In this document: one piece after another, positions 25,752 to 39,243 of the stretch
Position numbering within the stretch: the stretch's first letter is position 1
Layout of the letters: the number at the start of each line of letters is the position of its first letter
Assembly (NCBI RefSeq): GCF_001194135.2
Contig: NC_068988.1
Span: forward strand, 38,842,883 to 38,906,882
Length of the DNA stretch: 64,000 bases
Source of the DNA: Octopus bimaculoides
Lineage: Eukaryota
Direction of reading: 5' to 3'
The notes under the pieces: generated by a model
What the model saw: the letters and a program-made list of their open reading frames with translations, nothing else
The model's database searches: none
Told to the model about the DNA's origin: nothing
Position numbers and translations under genes: made by a program

Positions 25752-26374
25752 GTGTAAGGTATCTAACTCTGATACATTGTTGATTCTGTCATTCCAGTGA
25801 CTCTGGATTTTTATGGAAAAACTATTTCTAGGAAAATTAAAATATGTGTTTACATACTTAATGTGGTGACCTCAGTAATTTTAATAAATGAGATAAACAT
25901 TACTGAACAATGTTTTTACTCAATAATAATTATGGTAGACAATGCAGAAGCAAAAATCAAAATAAAATAAAACAAATGAAATGGTTTGAAACACAAGTTC
26001 TGTTTCATTATAACTGGAAATTGGTGAGGAGAAGAATAGTGATCTTTTGTAGACATAACATCAAACATGTTTCACTCTTAGTAAACCTCCCCACATCTAA
26101 TAACAGTCATGTTTTGATGCATTTAAACTTGTCTGATCACATGATGGAGGCAGAGATTGGAGAATAAATGCAGGCTGAATTTCTTTAATCAGTGTGTGAG
26201 TGTATACTACACAAATGTACATATATATTAAGTGTTACTGTGTGGTAAGGAGCTTGCTTCCCAGCCACACCGTTCTGGGTTCTGTCCCACTGCATGGCAC
26301 CTTGGGCAAGTGTCTTCTACTATAGCTTCATTTTCACTTGAAGTTACACGCTGATTATCGAATTCTAACAGTTT

Positions 26375-26407
<33 letters not shown>

Positions 26408-26791
26408 NNNNNNNNNNNNNNNNNNNNNNNNNNNNNNNNNNNNNNNNNNNNNNNNNNNNNNNNNNNNNNNNNNNNNNNNNNNNNNNNNNNNNNNNNNNNN
26501 NNNNNNNNNNNNNNNNNNNNNNNNNNNNNNNNNNNNNNNNNNNNNNNNNNNNNNNNNNNNNNNNNNNNNNNNNNNNNNNNNNNNNNNNNNNNNNNNNNNN
26601 NNNNNNNNNNNNNNNNNNNNNNNNNNNNNNNNNNNNNNNNNNNNNNNNNNNNNNNNNNNNNNNNATATATATATATATACACACACACACATACATATAC
26701 ACACATACATACACACACACATATACCACACTACACCACACCACTTTTCAGTGGCATGGAGAAAAAGGGTAACACCCATATCTTTCCCTAG

Positions 26792-26833
26792 TATTCTGAG
26801 ACTGGAGATGATGAAAGAACTGTACTGCATGCA
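26792..26833 (+). other. Candidate 42-nt micro-exon (YSETGDDERTVLHA if phase 0)
   Basis: Acceptor catatctttccctag, donor GCA|GTAAGA, purine-rich frame-preserving body. No homology recognised. Confidence 0.25.
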
Positions 26834-27719
26834 GTAAGAATAACTCTAAAAAGACTTAATTATTCTCTGAATGAAAACCTGATCAGAATTCATGCAACAG
26901 ACCCTTCTGTTAATGACACTAAATGGCCAGATGGTTTGACTGAATCATAATCTTTAATTGAACATACTGTTGATACACATATCATTTTCTGTTTTGTCTG
27001 TATTTCTTATGAATGTAATGAAGATGGTTAAATTCAAAACTGATCTAACACAAAAACAGAATTCTTGATAAAGTTGATACCGATTCATTTTTGCCTTTAT
27101 TGTTCTGCAAATGTTGACACCTAAAACTAACTCTTTTATTGTATCATTTACACACACTCACATGAATATGTATATATATATATATACGTATATATGAATA
27201 TACATGTATGTAAATTGGTTGGCATTTGGAAGGGCATCCAGCTGTAAAAGCCATGCCAAAACTGATCTTGCCTGTGCTGATGTCATGTAAAAAGTGTTTG
27301 TTCCACTCTGTGGAGTGGTTGATGTTAAGAAAGACATCCAGCTGTAAAAACCATAGACACAGCAACCTGGTGTAGTCTCCTATCTGGCCAACTCCTGTCA
27401 AACCATCCAACCCATGCCAGCATGAAAGACAGATGTCAAATGATAATGATGATGATAATCATCATCATCATTGTTTTAATGTCCATTTTTCCATGCATGC
27501 ATGCATGGCCCAGATGGAGTTTATTGAGGCTGATTTTCTACAGCCAGATGATTATCTTGTTGCCAACCCTCACCTGTTTCCAAGCAAGGTAAATATTTCT
27601 CCATGAGTAGGCCCAATCTTCGTTGTGGAAGACACTTGACCAAAGTGTGTCACAGTGAGATGAATCCAAAACCATGTTGTCTGGAAGCAAACTTCTTACC
27701 ACATAGACACGCCTGTACC

Positions 27720-27750
<31 letters not shown>

Positions 27751-28170
27751 TCTTTTATTCTTTTACTTGTTTCAGTTATTTGACTGCAGCAATGCTGGAG
27801 CACTGCCTTGAAGGATTTTAGTCAAACAAATCAACTCCATGACTTGTTTTTAAGCGTAGTACTTATTCTATCAATCTCTTTTGCCAAACCGCTAAGTTAA
27901 GGCAATGTAAACACACCAACGTCAATTGTCAAGCATTGATGGGGGGACAAACACAGACACAATGACACGCACACACACACACACACACACACATACACAC
28001 ACATGTATATTCGATGGGTTTCTTTCAGTTTCCATCTACCAAATCCACTCATAAGTCTTTTATCAGCCTGAAGCTATAGTAGAAGACACTTGCCCAAGGT
28101 GCCATACAGTGGGACAGAACCCAGAACGGTGTGGTTGGGAAGCAAGCTCCTTACCACACAGTCACGCCTA
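27751..28170 (-). mobile_element. Near full-length CORE-like tRNA-derived SINE
   Basis: Reverse complement of 53689-54085. Confidence 0.85.
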
Positions 28171-30089
28171 TATATATATAATATGAAAGCTTCATTCTAA
28201 AACAATGCTATGTCCTGTAAATTTCCTTTTGTCTGTGTGGGTGGGTGTGCCAACATGTTTACAAATGTATTATTAAAATGCACCTACACACAAGCATAAA
28301 CATATAAGCGTTCATTGTACCATAAATTTAATATGAAGAGTCTATTTGTAGTAGCGAGAGCAGATCAATAAAGTCTATTTCTCTGTTTGGCAGCCATTAC
28401 CAAAATTCAATTGTATGTTTTACTTTGCGTTTGTTTTCTGTTTTATAGGATTTTAAAGCTGATTTCAAAATTTTGAAATATTAACAAATATATATTAGTT
28501 ATGAAACTTACTTGCTTCTTAACTACATAGGCCTCAGTCTGATACCAGTGCATGGCACTTTGAGCTAGCATTTACCAATGGCTTCAGAGTCAACCAATGC
28601 CTAGTGAGTATAATTTGGTAGTCAGAACATATTTGGAGGCTCGTTATGTATGCATGTACATCTTTTGTGTGTGTGTGTTCTTTCACTCATTAAACTGGTC
28701 ATACTGGAGCACTGCCTTCAGGGGTTTAGTCAAATGATTCAACCCCAGCTTAGTGCTTACTCTATCGGCCTCTTATGCTGAAACACTAAGCTACAGGGAT
28801 GTAAATAAACCGATACTGGTTCTCAAGTGGTGGTGGAATAAATGCAGAGACATGCATTTATACACACGCACACACTGACATATATACACAGCAAGCTTTC
28901 AGTATCCATATACCAAATCCACTCAAGGCTTTGGAAATCCTGGGGCTTTAGTAGATAACACTTGCCCATGGTGCCAAAACATGGGACTGAACTTGGAACT
29001 TTGTAGTCAGGAAGCAAACTTGTGAGAAAAGCAAAAATGCTGGTACTTTCTAATAAAAATATCCTGTGTATTATTTGTTTCTCCCAAGTTAGACATTTCT
29101 TTGCCTCTCTCACCATGAGGAATTCAGTGAACTGGTGATTGACCTATTGGAAACATGTAATCAATTACATGATTCTCCATCAAATGTGATATAGAATTTA
29201 AATATATATAAATAACTAACTATACTGTATTACAGGCTGCTTTTAATCATTTTATTATTAACTCTATGAAAAGCAAAATAGCCTAGAATTTAATCAGTTT
29301 TGAACAAAGGGCTTCTCGCAAAAGCTAGAACATATATATATTTATTTATTTCCTTTCTTCTCTTTCCCTTACAATTTTTATAACATTTAATTATCTTAAA
29401 AGCATAGTTTTGAGTTGTAGGCACTATAAACGTATATGGAAGCTGAGGACTTCAAAGAATTAATGGTTGCTTTTGATATCCATCATCATCATCATCATCA
29501 TCATCGTTTTCATTATCATCATATTCAGTATCTGGTAAAGTCAATAATATGTTGGATTACCAGCCAAAATGATGTCCACGGATCACATCCTATCATAGTT
29601 GATGCAGTAGTTGGTCTCCAGCCAACGACACTTGACCGTCAAAGAGATGGGGTTATGTATACAGCTCACTGCTGTAAGTAGAAGTTACAGTGACAATGTG
29701 ATAATGAAGCACTTGTGAATTATGTAGTGCTCTCTGATTCACAAGCTTTTCATTTATCACTTCTAACAGTAAGCTGACAAAGGGGCTCTTTGACATGGTC
29801 ACTCAGCCTGCTAGAAATAACAACCAAATCTCCCTTTAAGTACACCTTACTGTCTTAAAAAGGGGAAATATGAATCTGAATAAAGGAAGATGTGATGGTC
29901 ATAGTTGGAATGCCTTTGATCATAGGCTTGCTTGATCAGGGTTGACTGGGACTTTCTCTAAGCTAATGAACTGTGCACCACCTTTACTCAGTTCCGTAAT
30001 TTATTTACTTAATACCCTCTCATACTTATCATAGCTTGAACTAAACATATTTATCCATTACTTTCTCCTTTGGACTGTATCATCTGAAA

Positions 30090-30230
30090 TTCTATCCCTG
30101 AGTTGTACCAGTAATGCAATCACTCTGCATTGTAACAAGTATAACAGTTATTGAAAATGCAATTGGCATTAGGTTGATTTTTGTGTCCTGACATCGGGAG
30201 CCCGTACATATGTTGCTTGACCTGTTACAA
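30090..30230 (-). mobile_element. Possible decayed tail of an RLE-type (R4/Dong-like) LINE
   Basis: Minus ORF ...KINLMPIAFSITVILVTMQSDCITGTT loosely resembles the TIPIIVGALG...IQKIALLGT C-terminal motif. Confidence 0.3.
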
Positions 30231-30785
30231 TAGCAACAACCAGATCCCTTCATATCATACTCTGTCTTATGCAGGAAAGTATGCATTTGGGATTTTTTTT
30301 TTTGTGCTTAGGAGGAAAAGCAGTGCTCATAACCCTTCTCAGGACCTCACTGCTAAAACTGATGGAAGGTATTGTCAAACCAGAGGACTTGGTTTGAATG
30401 CTTGCAGCAGATTGGATTACATTAAACACATTCAAGGGCCAGGCAATCTGTAGACCATGTCACAAATGAAACCTCTCTCCTAATTAGACCACAGCAGGAT
30501 TTGAACTTAGAACATAAAATGCTGGAACAAACACCAAATGACATCCTGTATAACATGCTTAATACTTCCATCTGTCCATTGACCTCAACTACTGCTTTAA
30601 TCAAACTCAGAATGATGGAAAACCAAGTTGAATAAATACCAAAGGCATTTTGTCTGCTATTCTAACAGTCCTATTCATTCACTGTCTAGTATACACTCCT
30701 AAAATAGTGATTTCCAATCTTTCCCCTGTTGTCTTTTCCCTTGGCATAATGTATTTTGCCATTTATCCTTTGGTTTTCATTGTAA

Positions 30786-30903
30786 AAATATTGAGTAAAT
30801 AGCGGCAAATATTGACTAAATATGGCAAATATTGACAAAATATGGCAAATATTGACTAAATACGGCAAATATTGACTAAATAATGACAAATATTGACTAA
30901 ATA
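30786..30903. repeat. 20-bp minisatellite (ggcaaatattgactaaatat), about 5-6 units
   Basis: Directly visible head-to-tail units with no unique spacers. Confidence 0.9.
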
Positions 30904-31064
30904 ACTATCATTTGTCAAGCTTTCATTACACATCTTCTGCTCTTATATGCGTATAATCCTTCTTGTTATACTCCTTCTGACATCTATGTAAACCCTCTCA
31001 TAATACTTCCTCTGTTTCTTATGATGCCTCTCATATAACTTTTGACCCTCTCAGCAAAAAAAAA

Positions 31065-31095
<31 letters not shown>

Positions 31096-31393
31096 ATGTG
31101 TAACATTGTATTGTTTTATAAATATTATGATCAGGTATATTTACCCTGTGCCATGTTAATATAACCCTGATGGTGTAAGTTTACCCCTGGCTAAAAAATC
31201 ACTGACCTGAAAGACCAGATAGTTACTTCTGGAAAGTCTTTCAACATTGGTTAACTTGATGTGGGATCTAAATGGTGGAAACAGCCCACCTCACTAGTTC
31301 AGGAGGACCTGTAACTGGAAATGGACACTGCAGTTCTTCTTTCAGACTGTTTTAAAACAGCTACTACAACTATCACCATTGCTAATGATGATG

Positions 31394-31432
<39 letters not shown>

Positions 31433-32109
31433 TATTTCCACTCAATATATTTATTAATATTTTAGTGTATAAATAACATCAATACAAACAGATCTTCCTA
31501 TCCTCCTCTATTGATAATTTTTCTTTCTGTTTGGATGCTTTTAAAAAATGGAGTCGTCGTCATCATCATTGGTGGAAATTTTTTTACATTTTATTTGTTT
31601 TTTTTTTTGCACAGTGCCATGAGTTGCATAGGGATACAAAACAATCTCCTTGCATGTGTGTCTTTTGTAGTTTACTTACATCGAATATGACAAAGTATTT
31701 GGGGATGCTGTATAGACCCCCAACCCTACACCCACCCCATTCATTCTTGTTTTCTTTTGTATTTTTCTAGCGGTGTCACATGATCACCTCCGCCATCACC
31801 CATCAGTATATTTATATATTATTATTTTTTCTTTTTTTTTTTTGTCAAATTCCAATCCCATCTCCTCCCCCTCCTCTTCACTCTGGTGTATCAATAACAT
31901 CGACGCTGGCAAATTTTCATATCCTGTATTGATTTGATTGATGTCTTTTTGATATTTGAAAAACTAAACAAATCAATAATAAAAAAAATAGTCATGATGA
32001 TGATAATAATAACAACAACCAAAAATAGAAACAAAGGTAACAAAAACATTGCAGAACAGGACTGAAAATACTGTCTCGTTAATCTTTATGGACAGATATG
32101 TCTATATTT

Positions 32110-32570
32110 CTGACAAGGTTAGTGTGTCGGTGGTGATGATGGTGGTGGTGGAGTTGTGCAGTGTTGGTGGGGGTAGGAGGTAACTGGAGAGTACGCAGCA
32201 CAAGTATTAGATGTGGTGAGTGGGTAAGTTGGGGATAATGATGGTGATGTCAATGATGATTGATATTGATGCCTTGGTGATGGCACTGATGGTGTTGGTA
32301 ATGATGATGATAATGAGGATATGTTGTTGTTGGTGGTGGTGGTGATGGTGATGCTTGCAGGGATGTTGTTGATAATGGTGTTAGGTGATGCTGATGAGTT
32401 TTGGGAGTGATGGTTCTAAAGATGAAGATATGTTGGTATTGATGGTGACAACAATGTTGGTGATGACGACGATGATGTCGGGATAGTGACTGTGATGGTA
32501 TTTGATGGTAGCACTGACTGTTGGTGTTGTTGTTAGTGGTGGTGGTGGTGGTGGTAGTGGCAGTGACTGC
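32110..32570. repeat. Degenerate (GGT/GAT/GTT)n low-complexity tract
   Basis: Directly visible; explains the His/Thr/Pro-rich minus-strand ORFs. Confidence 0.85.
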
Positions 32571-35121
32571 ATTATAAAACCAACAAACAGCAGTTATAGA
32601 CAAAATTGTTTGTTGCCATCAGCCTGGAGAGTATAATGTAGGCAAGGAGGATATTGTTGGAGACAGTAAACAAAAACTAGTAAAGACTCTGGAAATGGCA
32701 ACAATGATGTCGACGATGAAGGTGACAACATTGACTTGTGATTATTATTGTTTAGTTCCAGGTCAGCATTGGTAGAGCTGAGTCGGTCAAGCTGTGACTG
32801 TGTCACTTTCTGGGTTGCTGTCTAGAACTACATTACCTGTGTCCTGCTTTCCTTCTTGTAAGATGGGTGTGTGTATGTGTGATACAATTTAAGATTTTGC
32901 TGTTATTTCTAGCAGGTTGAGTAACCATGTAATGGTGATGGTGTTTTAGTAGTATTAGTGATGATGGTAGTTGTAGTGGTGGTGGTGGTGGTTACTGAGC
33001 AAGGAGAAAGAATGGCTGAGATGATTGTAGATGACAGTACCTGTTCATGTCTGCTAGGTTGATGTTGAGGTGTGTGTAGGGGGGTTATCTATGAAGTGGA
33101 ACTACTTGAAAATGGTGACTGGCTGAGGGTATTTTATTTGGTCAGTAGCTCAGACAAAATCCTGAAAACAAAACAAAAAGAAACAATGCTGCTGCTGATG
33201 ATCTGTTCATAGATTACTGTTGTCTTTTAAACATCAGAGAGAGAACCTTGAAGACGGTTCAACAGCCTCTGCATAATGGCAGCAGCAGTGGTGATAACAA
33301 TGAAAGTAGAGAGTGATAGTGAGAGGAAGATCCATTTGTGGTGGTGGTGGTGGTTTAATTGTAAATGTATGTATGTATGTATGTAGAGCAATGGTATGAT
33401 GTAATGTATTATGATGAAGAATTATTAATAGCAGTTTACATATGAATGAATGAGTGCAGTGTGTGTGTGTGTGTGTGGGGGGGGGAGTCGTAGAAAGAAA
33501 TGTAGTGAGACAAACACTTAATGGGAAGAGATGTAGTGACGCTGATGGCGAAGGTGGGGGGTGGGGGCAGGCACAGAGCAAGTGCAAAATAGTGGTAGAT
33601 GTAGTAGTTATGGTATAGCAAAGGAAGAGAAGTGTAGTGAGTACATATAACATGATTTTTGTCGATGATGGTGATGGTGAGAGTGGCAGAAGAGTTTCTA
33701 TGTAGGTTGATGGTGGTGGCAGCGCTGGTGGTAGTGGCAGTAGAAAGTGACAGTATGTCGTAAGATGCTGATATAGTATATAGCAAGGGGTACAAATTGA
33801 GAATTGCTGTTGTGAAGCATCCATCAAGCATTGCTGGTATTCATTCATTTGGATAACTGCATGAAATCTGGGTTAGTATGGATTTAATTACATAGTTACC
33901 GACATGCATGACAAAGTACAAACATTTTACCACATGCATGCGTTTTAATACATTAATATCTCTACATGTAAATCAATTCACACATATAAACACAATGGAC
34001 TCTGTCACACCAGTTTTGAGCTGTGAGTATTCTAGTTGTCCAATGAATGCAACTACTTACTCATCAAATTACATAGTGTAGCCTCCCCTCCCCCACACGC
34101 ACAGCTATGTTGGGTGACAAGGCTGGTCCTTTGAAGCATATTTAATTCAGTAGGTTTCCACACATTGTCTACCAACCCAATTTCTAGCACATCATTTGTC
34201 TTGACATGTGGCTATTGAGAAAAAATTTGCCCATTGTGTCATTCAGTAGGATCAACCCAGAGACCTTGTGATTACAGAGTCATCTCCATCACGCTGAGTA
34301 TGTGTTTTCGATAATGTTTACAACAATAGTGCTGCTTCTGATTCTTATTCGAATTTATTCCTACGTATGCATGGTCAGAGCATACCAGCAATTGATTTTT
34401 ACACTATTTTGCATAAAGTCATGGACTGGTGATTCAGTTCACTTCCTGTTTGGTTCAGGTACGTGATGTTGCCGAGCGAAACATCTATGTCCATCTCTCT
34501 TGAATGGGATTTGAGGTGAATTATCTCACCTGTCTATAACATGATAAGACTTCCCCTGTTTCATTATCAATGGTCTGCTAGTGGGCGACCCCCTTAATTA
34601 TCAGCTAATATCTTGTCTGTAACAATGTATATTGTCTTGAAAATTCAGTAACTTCTAAACTGGAGTGAAACAGTATCTTCTTTTTCTATCTCCTTAACTT
34701 CTTGGAGATTTTAGGTATAATTATACTAATGTGTTCATCTGTTCTAATTTAATTAAATGCTATGTCCTTGTGTAGCTGAGGATTGCTCTGCATTTTAAAT
34801 TGCTGTAATGAATGCATTGTTCAATTAAATGGGGTTGCATGAAACGATTGTACTGCATTACCTCTGGATATCCTTGTTGCTTATTTTGATATATATATAT
34901 ATATATATATATATTATTTTGTGCTGGTTTAAGTTACTTCATTAATTTGCTAGCTAACCTCAGAAAGATGTAAAGACAGTTTTAACCTAAACAGTATTAC
35001 AACTTAGCTACAAGCACTTGGTCTTGATAGTTAATTAACATCTACCTTTGATGAGTGCACAAATACAAAAATCAGCAAAATCAGTAGCTGTTGCTCATTT
35101 TTCATAAATATTTCTAAGCTA

Positions 35122-35168
<47 letters not shown>

Positions 35169-37600
35169 ACTCACTGGTAGAACACACAAAATACTCCTGA
35201 TGAGCTGGTAATGTCCAGGCAAAACTTGTCTCATTATTTTTTGCTCTGTTCTGCAGAAAGACCTCTATGGTTTTAACCACAACATCTACTTCACAGCAGG
35301 ATTGGATGCATGCTTTTGAAACTACCATATATTAATTTATATATAATATAAGATAAAGTAATGGTTGGGCGGTCATGTTATAGCGAGAATGTGATAGCAG
35401 CTGTAAAGACTGTGTAAATGTAGGCTGATGGTGATGTTGAAAGGCTGTTTACTGCACTGAGGAATTTCATGACCAAGTTTATATCTAAACTTAGTTGCTT
35501 CAACAATCACAGGTTCTTGCTGTTCTCTATTAAGTATTGGTTCAATCACTTCAGGTATTGGGACTGATTATTTGATTGTACTAGTTTCAGTTGTAAGACA
35601 GGCTATGCTGGGCCTTTGACCAAACACTTATAATTTATTGACTGGGGGCTTATTTTATAGACTTGGAAGACAAAGTGGCAGTGGGTTCTTATCAACCTCA
35701 ATATCAGAGCATTCAGTTGTTTGTCTTGTCCAACCAAATCCCTACTTGAGATATTAATGTGTAAATGACTATTTTGTCTTCCTTCCCACACAGACATGTG
35801 TCAGTAACACAATTCTCTGGCTCAATCAGCTTGAACCTTGAATTACAGTTACAATACTGAACACACACTGAGTGAGAAAAACAGAAAGAGAGAGGCAGAG
35901 GAGGGAGAGAGAAAGAGGTGTTGATCCTAGTATTAGACTGACATTGTTTATTGACTTCATCTTGATCCCAAAAGGATGAGAGGCAGAATTGGTCTTGGCA
36001 GGATTTGAATCCAAGGCATAGACAGCTGGAATGAATACAACAGACCAATCTATCTGGCTCACTAATGAGTCTGCCAATTTTCTGCTATAAATAATCAAAT
36101 AAATCGGACTGGGATTTGAACTCTCATCATAAATGAACTTAGCTAATTACATCATATCAGTAGCTTGTCCACTGCTCAGTTGATTCTGGCATTCACCCAG
36201 TATTGCATTTTATAAAGATTACTATTTAACATTATGCTTACTTAGTTTTTGTTAATGTTTATCTAACATCACTTTCCTCCATGAAATTTCTTCCCCTGGG
36301 GTGGGGGAAGAAAATACCAAAGTGCTGGACAATTCAAATCAGTCAGATGTTTTATTTATTGTATTTAGTTGAATGGCTTTGTGTTTACAGTTTCAAATCT
36401 CTCTAGAGGTTGGTAGGTGCAACCGACAATATTAGTATTTTATATGTATGTATGTACACACATATGTATACACACGCACACTCACACACATACTGGTGGT
36501 AGTTTCAGTTGGTAAAATCAATAATAGTAGATATAGTGGCTGAATGGTCAAGGGATTGAACTCATTCATTCATAGGTCACACCAAATTCACTGCTAGTAT
36601 TTTATGGGCATGACCTTGTTGTTAAGAAGTTTACTTCACAGTTCTCATAATTCTGGGTTCGAACCAACAGCATTGCACCTTGAGCAAGTGTTTTCGACTA
36701 TGGCTTCAGATTAAGTTATACCTTGTGAGTGGAATTTGGTTGAGAGAAACTGTGCAGAAGCCCATTATATGTGGTTCAAAACCATATGCAATGCTTACGA
36801 CACAGCAAGGCCTTTTTCATGAGTACTGAGGAACACATGATGAAAGCTGGATGCCTTTTACCTTATCCAAAGCAGGCAATGTATCTTTTCTGTCTTTCAT
36901 TGAAGCATTGCTGTAAAACTATTCTCTGTAAATAGGTGTCATGAGGAGGTTTAGCTCACTTGATTGCATTGCTGAAGACAGCAAGATTTCCATATAAACG
37001 AAGAGTGTTTTATGGTATTGTGGTATTGAACTTCAAATCCTGAGATGACAGCACTGTGGGGCTGGTGCAGGAAGAAAGGGTTGCAGCACTGGGTCAAGGA
37101 TGAACTTTTCTTTGTCGCTTTCTTCATTTGCATCACTGAATGAAAATGATGTCAAGGTTCAGATATAGTAGAAATGTTGACTTTTGGTAAAGGAAAGACA
37201 AATTGTACTTTATGGAATTATGGAATTAAGCATAATACCTCACATATCCAAGGATTCTGAAATTAGAACCATCATCATCATCATTGACATCATTGTCATT
37301 GTCATCATCATCATCATCGTCATCAATCTCTTGACACTACTGTCTCAATTCCTCAGACTCATATTGTCAATTACCCAGTCTACATGGTGTATTAGTGACT
37401 GGGATCACAGCATTCCCTCTGAACAGGATGCTAGTCATTTGCAGAACCTCAGTTTATGATATCCACTCTCCTCTTTTAATTCTATTTAGAAATCAACAAG
37501 CAAGTCTCAACATAGTTGGTTAACCTATAAAAAGAAAAAAAGGCATTCCATACTCAAATCAAACCCTGCCACCTTCACTAACAAAAGGATGCATTGGATA

Positions 37601-37993
37601 TTGTTGTTGTTGTTGGCACTCTGTCGCTTACGACGTCGAGGGTTCCAGTTGATCCGATCAACGGAACAGCCTGCTCATGAAATTAACGTGCAAGTGGCTG
37701 AGCACTCCACAGACACGTGTACCCTTAAGGTAGTTCTCGGGGATATTCAGCGTGACACAGTGTGACAAGGCTGACCCTTTGAAATACAGGTACAACAGAA
37801 ACAGGAAGAAAGAGTGAGAGAAAGTTGTGGTGAAAGAGTACAGCAGGGTTGGCCACCCTCCCCTGCCGGAGCCTCGTGGAGCTTTAGGTGTTTTCGCTCA
37901 ATAAACAATCACAACGCCTGGTCTGGGAATTGAAGCCGTGATCCTATGACTGCGAGTCCGCTACCCTAACCACTGGGCCATTGCACCTCCACA
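37601..37993 (-). mobile_element. Full-length young tRNA-derived SINE inserted into an older repeat
   Basis: Reverse complement of 9961-10347. The flanks cattggata | atgtagt rejoin to give the cattggataatgtagt motif of the 2350-type repeat. Confidence 0.9.
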
Positions 37994-39006
37994 ATGTAGT
38001 ATTAGATATGCCTAAAAAGACAAGAGGGTCATGACTGGCTAGAATATTTTTTATCCTAGGCCAACTTGATGGGCGCTGACCTGGACCAAACAACAACAGC
38101 GCCAACAGATTTCACTCTGTTGTTCATTCTTCCTATTTTTTTCTTTGTATCTGTTAACCATTTCTGGTCATTAGATCTATGCTGGATTATCACTGTCCAA
38201 ATGACCATGGACTGATACTTGTACGTCTGATTCGGCTTGGTTTTTATGATTGGATACTCTTCCTATTGCCAACCACTTTACCGTGTGTGTCTAGTGTATG
38301 TGTGTGTGTATTTTGTGCTACCAGGATTAGGGAGATAGTCTGGTTCACCAAGCACCTGTAGAGCGGGTTCTGTTGTGACATCAGCTTGGGAGTTGTGTGA
38401 CTAGTACACTAAGGCTTGTAGACTGAGGAGGGGAATGGGAGAAAAAGTGAGTGCAGCAGAAAGTTTCTGGAATGAGTGTCTGAGAGGGTGGGTAAGAATG
38501 TAAGTATAACTTAGACTCAGTAACCTGGGATGTGTACATCTGTTTAAGATGATTGAAGTGAGAAATAGGAGAGAGGGTCATGACTTAACAGAAGAACCAT
38601 GACTGATATCAGAAGTCATCATGACATTTACCACCATGACCAGCCATAATAATGAACTCACTATCAACCATTGTTGAAATAGTTTGAACATGTGCAACCA
38701 CACCCATGCACACACTCACATGCACACGCACATGATTCCACACACAAAGTTAAGAAGATTGTTTCCAGATTCTGTGGCACTAGATTTGAACTCTGCCGTA
38801 CACTTTGGACAATGTCTTCTTCTGTAGTCTCATGTTAGCCAATACTTTGTGAATGGAGTTTAGAAGGCAGAAACTTCTTCTGTTCCATAACATAGTGGCT
38901 AAAAAATAGAGAATGATAAAATAAGTACTGGGGATTGTATGATTAGTTAAATTATAACCCTTAAAGACGGTACTCAGTTCAGCTACTAAGATCCAGTAAA
39001 AGAGTA

Positions 39007-39052
39007 TGTATGTATTTATGTGTGTGTGTGTATGTGTATATATATATATATA

Positions 39053-39087
<35 letters not shown>

Positions 39088-39168
39088 ATATATATGTGTT
39101 TGTATGTGTGTGTGTGTGTATATATGTGTGTGTGTGTGTGTATATATATGTGTGTGTGTGTGTATATA

Positions 39169-39199
<31 letters not shown>

Positions 39200-39235
39200 G
39201 TGTGTGTGTGTGTGTATATATATGTATGTATATAT
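39007..39235. repeat. Compound (TG)n/(TA)n microsatellite array
   Basis: Directly visible; source of several spurious ORFs. Confidence 0.95.
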
Positions 39236-39243
39236 AAAATACC

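Noticed and set aside
26820-26950. IRIHATDP, similar to a cadherin repeat motif
   Set aside because: Short frame with no start or splice support and no other cadherin motifs in register.
29093-29156. TFLCLSHHEEFSELVIDLLET, reminiscent of a TRP-channel helix
   Set aside because: It requires skipping a better upstream AG (29087-29088), and the similarity is too short to support.
30786-30903. CRISPR-like repeat array
   Set aside because: Head-to-tail units with no spacers, in a eukaryotic context.
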